A stretch of 60,584 nucleotides of DNA, filler included, from Barthelona sp. PAP020 (lineage: Eukaryota): NCBI GenBank assembly GCA_040182905.1. It is 3 parts of 3 records of this genome, joined end to end, with 100 filler letters (N's around TTAATTAATTAA, not from the genome) between each part and the next. Parts side by side here need not be neighbours in the genome. Positions count along the whole stretch, not along the records: positions 1 to 20,214 come from JARQWU010000192.1; 2 more parts are not named here. The stretch is one strand, 5' to 3'. This document shows positions 1-8,938 of the stretch, piece by piece. Made by a program: the position numbers and the translations under genes. Position 1 is the first letter of the stretch; the number at the start of each line of letters is the position of its first letter. Below the pieces are notes generated by a model, which was not told the origin of the DNA, searched no databases, and worked only from the letters and a program-made list of their open reading frames with translations.

Positions 1-513
1 CAAGAATGTGAAACATTATCCATTGATAGCACTTTTAAAACAGTTTTTTACAAACATACAAAAGGAAATTTACTTTATAGAATTGGAAAAACGAGCGAAG
101 TAAAAAAATATTACAGATTATTTGTTGAGTTAGATGGAGACAAGTCTTGTGAAATAAAATTTTCATTTGATTTTGGTGAAATAATGACATATACAATACC
201 TGATGATAATGAATTGATTCAAAAATTTCAAATTGAGGGTAATACCACTAAAACTGTGAATGTTGATGATTCATTGGTTTTATTCAAATCTAATACTCCC
301 AATAATGACAAAATTGTGAATGAAATTAGTGTCTTTCAAGAAACTAATGTTTCTAAATTTTCTCATCAACATAATTTCCTTTTAATTGGGTTAATTTTTT
401 TAATTTTTTTAATTGTGTCCATTTTCATTGGAATAAAGTCACATTCTATCCTTCGTTTTAACCTGTCCAAACAATCCCTCAAATTGGTGAGTAATGATTA
501 TATTCTTGTGTAA
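1..513 (+). CDS. 5'-partial gene, C-terminus of a single-pass membrane/surface protein
   Basis: Frame is open from base 1 (QECETLSIDSTF...) through the ATG at 184 to TAA at 511-513; hydrophobic segment FLLIGLIFLIFLIVSIFIGI near the C-terminus. Confidence 0.7.
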   Translation, partial: QECETLSIDSTFKTVFYKHTKGNLLYRIGKTSEVKKYYRLFVELDGDKSCEIKFSFDFGEIMTYTIPDDNELIQKFQIEGNTTKTVNVDDSLVLFKSNTPNNDKIVNEISVFQETNVSKFSHQHNFLLIGLIFLIFLIVSIFIGIKSHSILRFNLSKQSLKLVSNDYILV

Positions 514-684
514 ATTCTTTTTCTTTTCTTTTTTTTTTGATTTGTATGTGAAATTTTTATAACATTCAGGCCTTAAATGATAAATTACAAATTAAAGAGG
601 GAAATTTAATTCTCTTAAAAATGAATGGTAAAGCACTGAATTTCGATAATCTTCAAAATATTTATTTTTTGGATTAAAAACGAA

Positions 685-3600
685 ATGCAAGAGTTAGAAA
701 GTACAACGAGTATACATTTATCGTCTTCAAACAAATTAGAATTGAAGAACCTCATACGAAGTGGTATAGATAACACTGAAATTGACAATACAAAGAAAAT
801 TACAGAGTTCGATGATTTTATAGAGTTTAGAGAACAGTTATTGGAACATTTTGATCATGAACCAGATCTATCAGTGTTAAACAAGTTATTAGAATTATTC
901 AAAGTTCCAATAAACATCAATTTACAAGATAAATTGGAACAAACTCTTGATTTTTTATATTTAAATTGTGAAAACTTGAATTTTTTAATGAAGGGTTCAA
1001 CCAACCATATTATGAAACAGTTAAAGGAGCAATCAAAAGTAAGCTTAACAAGACTAACCATTGTTACCGATAAAAAGGAAAAGAAATTTAATTATGAATA
1101 TTTTTATGGGGAACCAGAATCTGAATCAAAGGTTTCATTATTATCACATGAATTAATGGACGAATATGATCGAAATGAGTTTAGAGAAGATATGTTGTTG
1201 TCATTTGAAGAAGAAATTGAAACTTTGAAGTTGATTTATGGAGATACGGAAGTTTTCCCCAATGTTGTTGATACTGAAAAGCATTTCGAAATAAATTTTC
1301 GTTTTGAAACTCCCAATTTACATGATGATCATGTCAATTTAACTGTTCAAATATTAAGACCTGTGAAAAATGAGAGTTGTTATCCTGAAGAAGCTCCAAC
1401 CTTTGTGATATTATCTGATAAAATTACAGCTATTATTCGCCTGGTGATGCATAAAAAATTGTTAGAAATCTGTCAAAATAACGTTCCTTCAGTACATTTG
1501 CAGATTTTTTTTGAAGAAATTAATGAATCAATGTTAGAAGAATGTGGTTTCTATTTTGGTATTGATAAAAATGCCATTGCTGAATCCTTTCAAAAAGAAA
1601 AAAAAAAAAGAAACATCAGTCGAAAAAAGGAAAATGGAAAAAAGAAATCTAAAAGTATTTTAGCAAAAGAAGAGAGAATTCGAAGGTTAAATGAAGAATT
1701 AAACAGTCAAGAAAAGAATAAGAATTCAAATAATCAATCCCAGAAAAATTTGATTGAAATTACTGAATCTGACGCCATGAAAAGTCAACAAGAAGCTTTT
1801 GAGTCCATTGAAGAATCATTGAAAACTGAAATATCTTCTATTAGTCAGATGAAAGGATTTCTTGATGATAAAACCAAAGATCAAACTTTAATTGATGATG
1901 TTAGATTAGCTTTCATAAATAAAAATGCTCAAAAATCAAAAAAAATGAAAAATGAGTTACTTTCAAAGATGGAAACAAAAGAATATTTGAAATTTTTAAA
2001 CCATCGTTCAAATTTACCAGTATTTCAGCATAGAGATGAAATAATGAATGCTATTAACAATAATCAAGTTACACTAATTTTTGGTCAAACTGGCAGTGGA
2101 AAAACATCACAAATTGGTTCATTTATTCTTGATGATTTTATTATGAGAGAAAAAGGCACTGAAGTATCAATAATATGTACTCAACCAAGAAGAATTGCTG
2201 CAATGAGTATTGCTGAACGAGTGAGTAATGAGAGAAATGATATTTTAGGGGATTTGATTGGTTATCAAGTGAGATTAGACAAAAAAGTAAGCAATAGAAC
2301 TCGATTGTTATTCTGTACCACAGGTATTTTATTAAGAAAGCTGTTGTTAGACAAAGAAATAAAACAATGTTCCCATCTGATCATAGATGAAGTACACGAA
2401 CGTTCTGTTGATACAGATTTTTTATTAATAATTTTGAAAGAATTAATAGAAATTCGCAAGGATATAAAGATTATTTTGATGAGTGCCACTTTGAACACTG
2501 AAACTTTTAGTGAGTATTTTGACACCAACACTATTGTGAATGTACCCGGAAGAACTTTTCCTGTTGAGGAATTCTATTTAGAAGATATTTTTGATGAATT
2601 AGATTTTAATCCTGGTTCATTTGGTGGGTTATTGGATTCTCAATTTAATTTTTCCGATGATGTTACAGGACAAGATACTTTTAACGAAATGAAAGAAGAA
2701 AAGCAATTGCTTAAAGAGTATCCAAATTTAGAGTTGGATTTAATTCAAAGAATCCTGTTATGGAGTCGGAAAATCAATGACGTTTGGTATTATTTAATAA
2801 TTGAGTTGATAAAGGAAATTGATGAATTGTATCCAGATTTGACAGGATCCATTTTAATATTCTTACCCGGAGTTTATGAGATTACTTCAATGATTGAGAA
2901 ATTAAAAGAAGTTGAACAAAGTCTAAATTTAAAAATATTACCTTTGCATTCAAATTTGCAAACTTTTGAACAAAACTTAGTTTTTAAATCATTTGAAAAC
3001 AAAAGGAAAGTTGTTGTTTCAACAAATATTGCTGAAAGTTCAATTACAGTTTCTGATATTAGATTTGTTATTGATTCTGGACGAATGAAGCAACTTCAAT
3101 ACAATCCTTCAACAAACACACCTCAGTTGAAAGAGGTTCAAACATCAAGAGCCAATTCAAAGCAAAGAAGAGGTAGAGCTGGCAGAGTTCAAGATGGCAT
3201 TTGTTTCTTTCTATTTACCAGAAAAACTTTTGAAACTATGAGAAATTTTGATTCACCTGAAATGGTAAGAACTCCATTAGAAAGTCTGATTTTACAAATT
3301 AAAAGTTTAGGTTTTGAAAACTGTGTTTCCTTTTTGTCCAAGGCTTTAAACCCTCCTCCTTTAAAAAATATTGTGTATGCTATTAAATATTTGACTGAAA
3401 TTGGTGCTTTGAAAGGTACAATATTTCCAATGAAAAATTTGAAAAACATTGAAGAAAATGAAATAAGTGATGGGGTTATTACTCCTTTGGGAAAACTATT
3501 AAGTCAATTACCAGTCAGTGTTGGCATTGGAAAATTAATTGTCTTTGGAACAATCTTTCAATGTTTGGATGCCGCTTTAATTATTGCTACTTCAATGGAA

Positions 3601-4404
3601 GTTAAAAACCCTTTTATATTCAGAGAAGATCAAAATCCTGTAAACTTAGTTGGAAGTAAATTTTTTAGCAATTCATCTGATCAATTGACTTATTACAGTG
3701 TATTCAATGAATTCAGGAGAAATTTCAAAATTTCAAAAGCAAAAGCTTTCAATTGGGCCAGATCTAATTTCTTAAATCCCAATACTTTGTACCAAATTTA
3801 TAAGCATGCTAAACAATTTTACACAATTTTATTGGATAATAAATTGATTCATGGGAAAAGAAATATTAAAATTTTCGAAACATTTGGGTCAACTTCTGAT
3901 AATTTGAACTCATGCGATTACTCAATTATCAAGGGTGTTATTTGTGCTGGTTTATATCCTTCTTATGCACGAGTATTCTTTGATAAATCGAGTAAAAACA
4001 TACAATCCCAAAGAATTCTTTTTGCTAGAAATGGACAAAGAGTCTATTTACATCAGTCTTCCTTTTTAAACCATGGTATTGGATTTGATAATTATTCTTG
4101 TTGTGTTTATCATTCCAAAATGAAAACTCACAGAACAACAATCAGGGATGTTACAGCTGTTTCTCCCTTTTCTATTTTGTTATTAGGAACAAGTGATTTA
4201 ACATTAGAACGAGAGAATTCAAGCATTTTTATAAATAAAGAATTAAGATATACTTTTGAGTCACCAACTGTTGCTGTTTATATTTCCAAATTAAAAGAAT
4301 CTTTGGATATCGTTATAGATTGTTGGTTAAATGGCATTCGTAATGAAGAAATTAATTCAAAAGTTTTAACTGTTGTTGCTGGACTCATGAAAATTAATAA
4401 ATGA
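685..4404 (+). CDS. DEAH-box RNA helicase with RWD domain (DHX57/DHX29-like)
   Basis: Motifs GQTGSGKT, TQPRRIAA, DEVHER, MSAT, STNIAESSIT, QRRGRAGR; HA2 and OB-like C-terminus; N-terminal RWD signature (EEEIETLKLIYG...YPEEAP). Confidence 0.93.
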   Translation: MQELESTTSIHLSSSNKLELKNLIRSGIDNTEIDNTKKITEFDDFIEFREQLLEHFDHEPDLSVLNKLLELFKVPININLQDKLEQTLDFLYLNCENLNFLMKGSTNHIMKQLKEQSKVSLTRLTIVTDKKEKKFNYEYFYGEPESESKVSLLSHELMDEYDRNEFREDMLLSFEEEIETLKLIYGDTEVFPNVVDTEKHFEINFRFETPNLHDDHVNLTVQILRPVKNESCYPEEAPTFVILSDKITAIIRLVMHKKLLEICQNNVPSVHLQIFFEEINESMLEECGFYFGIDKNAIAESFQKEKKKRNISRKKENGKKKSKSILAKEERIRRLNEELNSQEKNKNSNNQSQKNLIEITESDAMKSQQEAFESIEESLKTEISSISQMKGFLDDKTKDQTLIDDVRLAFINKNAQKSKKMKNELLSKMETKEYLKFLNHRSNLPVFQHRDEIMNAINNNQVTLIFGQTGSGKTSQIGSFILDDFIMREKGTEVSIICTQPRRIAAMSIAERVSNERNDILGDLIGYQVRLDKKVSNRTRLLFCTTGILLRKLLLDKEIKQCSHLIIDEVHERSVDTDFLLIILKELIEIRKDIKIILMSATLNTETFSEYFDTNTIVNVPGRTFPVEEFYLEDIFDELDFNPGSFGGLLDSQFNFSDDVTGQDTFNEMKEEKQLLKEYPNLELDLIQRILLWSRKINDVWYYLIIELIKEIDELYPDLTGSILIFLPGVYEITSMIEKLKEVEQSLNLKILPLHSNLQTFEQNLVFKSFENKRKVVVSTNIAESSITVSDIRFVIDSGRMKQLQYNPSTNTPQLKEVQTSRANSKQRRGRAGRVQDGICFFLFTRKTFETMRNFDSPEMVRTPLESLILQIKSLGFENCVSFLSKALNPPPLKNIVYAIKYLTEIGALKGTIFPMKNLKNIEENEISDGVITPLGKLLSQLPVSVGIGKLIVFGTIFQCLDAALIIATSMEVKNPFIFREDQNPVNLVGSKFFSNSSDQLTYYSVFNEFRRNFKISKAKAFNWARSNFLNPNTLYQIYKHAKQFYTILLDNKLIHGKRNIKIFETFGSTSDNLNSCDYSIIKGVICAGLYPSYARVFFDKSSKNIQSQRILFARNGQRVYLHQSSFLNHGIGFDNYSCCVYHSKMKTHRTTIRDVTAVSPFSILLLGTSDLTLERENSSIFINKELRYTFESPTVAVYISKLKESLDIVIDCWLNGIRNEEINSKVLTVVAGLMKINK

Positions 4405-4707
4405 AGTTAAAATTCGCGGTTGATTTACATTCAAGAATAAATTGTCTAATTTCCTTTTTTTTTTCTCAAACTTCAAGTCCTTGTTAAAAAGTTATGTAAA
4501 AGACTAAAAAAGCAAATATTGAAAGAGAAATTTCTTTGGTTTTCAGGTTTGCAAAAGATTCTTTGATTAGAACTCTCCTTTTCAGTTTATAATTGATTTA
4601 TTAATCATAAACAAATGCAATTCACAATTTTATCAAATATCTTATGGTGAGAAGCAAACAAAAAAGAGAAGAAATATTTGTACAATTCCTTTGATTTAAT
4701 TATAACA

Positions 4708-5733
4708 ATGTCAAATTTCAATGAAACTTCACTAAAAACTCATGAAAATGCATTAATTGCAAATAATATCAGTGAATTGGTCAAATATCCGTCACCAATG
4801 ATGTATTTAAACCGTTATTGTCCTAATTTGAATACTCGAGTTGTTTTGAAGTTAGATTATATGCAACCATCTTTAACAATGAAAGATTTGGTGGTTAATG
4901 AAATGATTCATGAAAAGGAATCAACTGGAGAATTAAGACCAGGAGTGCATACATTAGTTGAAGCAACTGCTGGAAGTACCGGTGTTTCTATTGTTTGCAT
5001 GGCAGCTGCTCAAGGATACAAGTCTTTGATTGTTATGCCTGATTCAACCCCTCTTGAACATATTGCACTGTTGGTATATTATGGTGGAGATGTTGAATTA
5101 ACACCTGGAATATTAGGCATGCAAGGAGCTATTGACCGAGCAAATAAGTTGGTTGAAGAAGAAGAAAATTATGTGATGTTAAATCAATTTGAAAACGCAG
5201 GAAACCCTTTGGCCCATTATAAATATACAGGTCCTCAAATATGGGAAGTATGTGGAAACACTTTAGCTGCTTTTGTTGCGGGTTCTGGAACCGGAGGAAC
5301 TATCAGTGGTGTGGGAAAATTTTTGAAAGAGAAAAACAAAAATATTTTAAATGTTGTTGTGGAACCTGCGGAAAGTCCTGTAATTTCGGGTGGACCTCCA
5401 GGAATTCATTTTATTCATGGTTTGGGACCATCTTTCGTGCCTGCAAACCTGCATTTAGAATATATTGATGAAGTTTTTCAAGTGACCTCTCATGATGCGA
5501 TTATTGTTGCCCGAGAAGTTGCCAAGACAGAGGGATTAGCTGTTTCTACTTCAGCAGGTGCAGTAATTCATGCAGCAATTTCAATCGCTCAGAGAATTAA
5601 CGATTCAAAAAAAGTTGTCGTCGCCTATGTTGCAGCCCATGCAGAAAGATTTATGTCAACCGAATTGTTTCACTCAGCAGTAATAAAGGCACAAAAATTA
5701 AAAGCTGAAGCTGCTGAAGAAAGTCTAATTTAA
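4708..5733 (+). CDS. cysK: Cysteine synthase / O-acetylserine(thiol)lyase family PLP enzyme (divergent)
   Basis: KLDYMQPSLTMKD (PLP lysine), EATAGSTG, NQFENAGNP, GSGTGGT, VEPAESPVISGG, ERFMSTELF. First ATG at 4708; the track start at 4678 is TTG. Confidence 0.88.
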   Translation: MSNFNETSLKTHENALIANNISELVKYPSPMMYLNRYCPNLNTRVVLKLDYMQPSLTMKDLVVNEMIHEKESTGELRPGVHTLVEATAGSTGVSIVCMAAAQGYKSLIVMPDSTPLEHIALLVYYGGDVELTPGILGMQGAIDRANKLVEEEENYVMLNQFENAGNPLAHYKYTGPQIWEVCGNTLAAFVAGSGTGGTISGVGKFLKEKNKNILNVVVEPAESPVISGGPPGIHFIHGLGPSFVPANLHLEYIDEVFQVTSHDAIIVAREVAKTEGLAVSTSAGAVIHAAISIAQRINDSKKVVVAYVAAHAERFMSTELFHSAVIKAQKLKAEAAEESLI

Positions 5734-6107
5734 TTATCTTTTTGTTTACATATTAAATTTGGACAAAAGAAATTGTTGATATTGGTCCATGTAAAATTGC
5801 AAGACAACTAACAACTTGTTCATTTGGATAAAAATAAGTTGAAATTCTAAAAAATTGTGTAAAGTAATAAATTTACTGTGTAATGTTGTAAATGCACTGC
5901 TTTTTTTGTGCTATTCTTTTTTTAGGTTGTGACACATTGTTCAATTGAATCGTTTTGAAAACAAAATCAGCTTCTTCAAAAAGACAGTAATGATTTTCAA
6001 AAGAACATTTGAAAAAAAAAAAAGATGAGGGAAAGAAAGTAAAAAAAAATAAAAAATCTCCTTTCATTTATTTACGTTTTTCAAAGAAATCAATCGTTTA
6101 ACCTTTT

Positions 6108-7348
6108 ATGATTGAAATTTTTCTTTACGGATGTTTGTCTATTGGTGTATCTTTTCTTTGTTCATTAATTGAATCCGGTTTATTAAGTATTCCTTATTCC
6201 TATGTTGTTGGTCTTGCTGAACAAGGAGATGTTAATGGGATTAAAATGCGTCAATTAAAAGACAGTATCGACAGGTAATTTTCATTTGATTTTGATTTTT
6301 CAAACTAACATTCAGACCACTTGCTGCCATTCTCTCTTTAAATACTATTGCACATACTATTGGTGCATCTGGTGTTGGTGCTTCTACCTCCGTCTATTTT
6401 GGAGATGAATACGTAACAATAAGTTCAGGCGTTTTGACTTTGCTCATGTTAGTATTTTCTGAAATCATACCTAAAACGGTGGGTGCATCAAATTGTAAAA
6501 AACTTATAGGTTTCACTCAAGTCACCATCAAGATAATGATTTTTATCACTTTCCCATTGGTCTGGTTGTGTGAACTATTAGGTAAATTAATGGGAAACAG
6601 TGCTCATGGAGGTGTAGTTTCCAGAGATGAAGTAACTACTGTTGCTGATTTGGCAAAACAAGCTGGTGCCATCAATGCTATGGAATCTCAAGTCATTAAA
6701 TCTTTATTATTCTTAAAAGAAATGAAAGTTTCAAATGAAATGACTCCTCGTTCTGTGATTTTTACTCAACCTTCTGACCGTAAAATTAGATATTATCAGG
6801 AACATTCTGAAAAACAATTAATTTTCTCTCGCATTCCCATTATTGAAAATAATGACAGGGATTTAATTGTTGGATGGGTGCACAGAAATGATATTTTCCA
6901 AAAATTAAGAAGTGGTGATTTAGACGTTACTTTAAAAGAAATTTCCAAACCATTGCCTTCAGTGAAGGAAGAAGAAGACTTATTTAGCGTTTTTATTAAG
7001 TTCCTAAAGAATCAAACAGGAAAAACTAGACAAATGTTTTCTGTCTTGGATGAATATAATTGCACTGCCGGTGTTATCACCTTAGAAGATATCATTGAAA
7101 AAGTTTTTGGTGTTGAAATTGTCGATGAATATGACACAATTGTTGATTTAAACAAGATTGCCAGAGAAAAAACTCCCCGTGAAATTAGACAAACTATGTA
7201 TTTAGATCCTGCATTTGCTTCAAAACCCAGCATTCCAAATAAAGAAACTGAAGTTGAAAAAGATAGTGATATGATGAATGATACAGAATTTGTCATTGCT
7301 TCAAATGTTTCCAATACAGAAAGTTCTGACACTGTTGATGAAAACTAA
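6108..7348 (+). CDS. CNNM/CorC-type (DUF21 + CBS pair) Mg2+/metal transporter; two exons, 6108-6274 and 6316-7348
   Basis: Removing 6275-6315 gives a continuous SFLCSLIESGLLS...LKDSIDRPLAAILSLNTIAHTIGA...FSEIIPKT...MTPR...SRIPI...LEDIIEKVFGVEIVDE, the DUF21-CBS signature. Confidence 0.9.
6275..6315 (+). other. 41 nt phase-2 spliceosomal intron
   Basis: AG|GTAATT...ACTAACATTCAG|A; removal restores the frame and the conserved DRPL motif. Confidence 0.9.
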
Positions 7349-7577
7349 TTTTTGTCTTTTTTGTTGTCAAATAATTTTATTTGACGTATAAATTATTTCT
7401 TTTTTATTTGTGCCTCAATCAATGTAGTTTTGATGTTTATTTTTTTAACAAAAAGTAGATTGACAAAGACTACTGCAATAACAAAAATTTCAACAACTGA
7501 ATGCATTCAAAAATGTGAAAATCAGTGCAAAGAATTTTTTTCTTTTCAATTGTTCAAGATAATAACCAATTTTTTCA

Positions 7578-8474
7578 ATGAACACTATTTTATTTCGACA
7601 CAAAATATTATCTGAATATCAATATCAAGGAATAGATGAAATATATGTTGAAGAAAGAGAATCATTGATCAATCCCATTAATATTTCGTTAGATAATGTT
7701 AAACATATCAATAATGAACCAATACCCGAATTAAACACCAGATATGACAATAAATCAAAGCAACATTTGTTAGTTCAATCAATAGCTGGATTCAACCCAA
7801 ATATTGAACATTCTGATTATCAAATTTTATCGTTTAGATATTATTTAAATGTGATAGGCAATACATTGTATGATAAAAAAGAAAAATGGAGTTTTGAAAT
7901 TTACAAACCCAATGATAATGATGTTATAATTTTTGGTGACCATGGTGAATGTTTTGAAAATAGTTTCAAAAATGAAACAATGGTCAAATGTATGAGAATT
8001 GGACGATGGTTTGAAGAATTACTTACTGGAATTAACTTTATGAATGATAAACATCAAGAATGTTTTGAAAGGATTAAAGTTAATATTGGTGGAGTTATAT
8101 GTAAACTTGTCTGTGAAATAGATGGTATTAATGAAAACGGGGAATTGGTTGAAATAAAAACTTCAAAATTACCAAAAAATTATAAATTTGACAGTTTTTA
8201 TGGAAAAAAGTTGAGAAAAACATGGTTGCAATGTAGTTTAGGGGGAGTAGAAAACGTTGTTTATGGATTTCATGATATGAAACTGCTTCGGAAAATTGAA
8301 ATGTATAGAACTTGTGATTTACCAGATATATCTGATAATCGATGGGATCCACAATGTATTACTGAATTCATCAAAACAATTTTAAACAAAATAGTTGAAA
8401 CTTGCCCTTCAAAACAAAAATGCAAGTTGATTTTCGAACCAATGACAGAAGAAATTGTTTTTATTTTGTTGTAA
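7578..8474 (+). CDS. DXO/Rai1/Dom3Z family decapping exoribonuclease
   Basis: GRWFEELLT, CEIDG, LVEIKTS and KTWLQCSLGGVENVVYGFHD match the family motifs. Confidence 0.85.
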   Translation: MNTILFRHKILSEYQYQGIDEIYVEERESLINPINISLDNVKHINNEPIPELNTRYDNKSKQHLLVQSIAGFNPNIEHSDYQILSFRYYLNVIGNTLYDKKEKWSFEIYKPNDNDVIIFGDHGECFENSFKNETMVKCMRIGRWFEELLTGINFMNDKHQECFERIKVNIGGVICKLVCEIDGINENGELVEIKTSKLPKNYKFDSFYGKKLRKTWLQCSLGGVENVVYGFHDMKLLRKIEMYRTCDLPDISDNRWDPQCITEFIKTILNKIVETCPSKQKCKLIFEPMTEEIVFILL

Positions 8475-8516
8475 ATTTTTTGTTGGTTTTTTCTTGTAAT
8501 AATAAAACACGAACTT

Positions 8517-8869
8517 TACAACTCTATGGTTTGGGAGAAAAGAATCAACCCATGAAAGAAACGACTAGATGTAAGGGAACCTCCACGGCTCTCAAAATTA
8601 ATAAAAAAAAAAGAGAACGGCAGTTACCCAGAAATTTGACTGCCTAGCTTCTTATTCAGCGAACGACTGGGAGCACCGATGTCTCAGCACCACTTCCTTA
8701 GGGTACTGCAAGAGTATGGCTGAGTGGCTTCAGAATAAAGAAGTTAAGATTTTAAATTTTTCCATAAATTAGCCTTGACCACTAATCAGAATCAACCAAA
8801 GGTTAATTCCTTTGGGAGTCGAAAAGTTGGTTTTCTGCAAGAAAAAACCTCCTCGCTTCACAAGTTGTA
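8517..8869. ncRNA. Candidate structured non-coding RNA, family unassigned
   Basis: GC-enriched intergenic island with a terminal inverted repeat TACAACT/AGTTGTA and internal stems GGCAGT/ACTGCC, TAGCTTCTTATTC/GAATAAAGAAGTTA, CTCAGC/GCTGAG and CCAAAGG/CCTTTGG. Confidence 0.5.
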
Positions 8870-8938
8870 TTTGTATTTTGAAAAATTTTTAATAGACATA
8901 AAAGGAGATAAGGTACATTTACTCTCAACAATAAAAAA

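Noticed and set aside
8402..8647. 81 aa ORF overlapping the DXO end and the structured island
   Set aside because: TTG start, overlaps another gene, runs through a poly-A tract, no protein features.
8846..8862. CCTCCTCGCT resembling the HDV-like ribozyme P3/L3 core
   Set aside because: P3 cannot close (ACC against TCA), and no P1, P1.1 or P2 partners are found.
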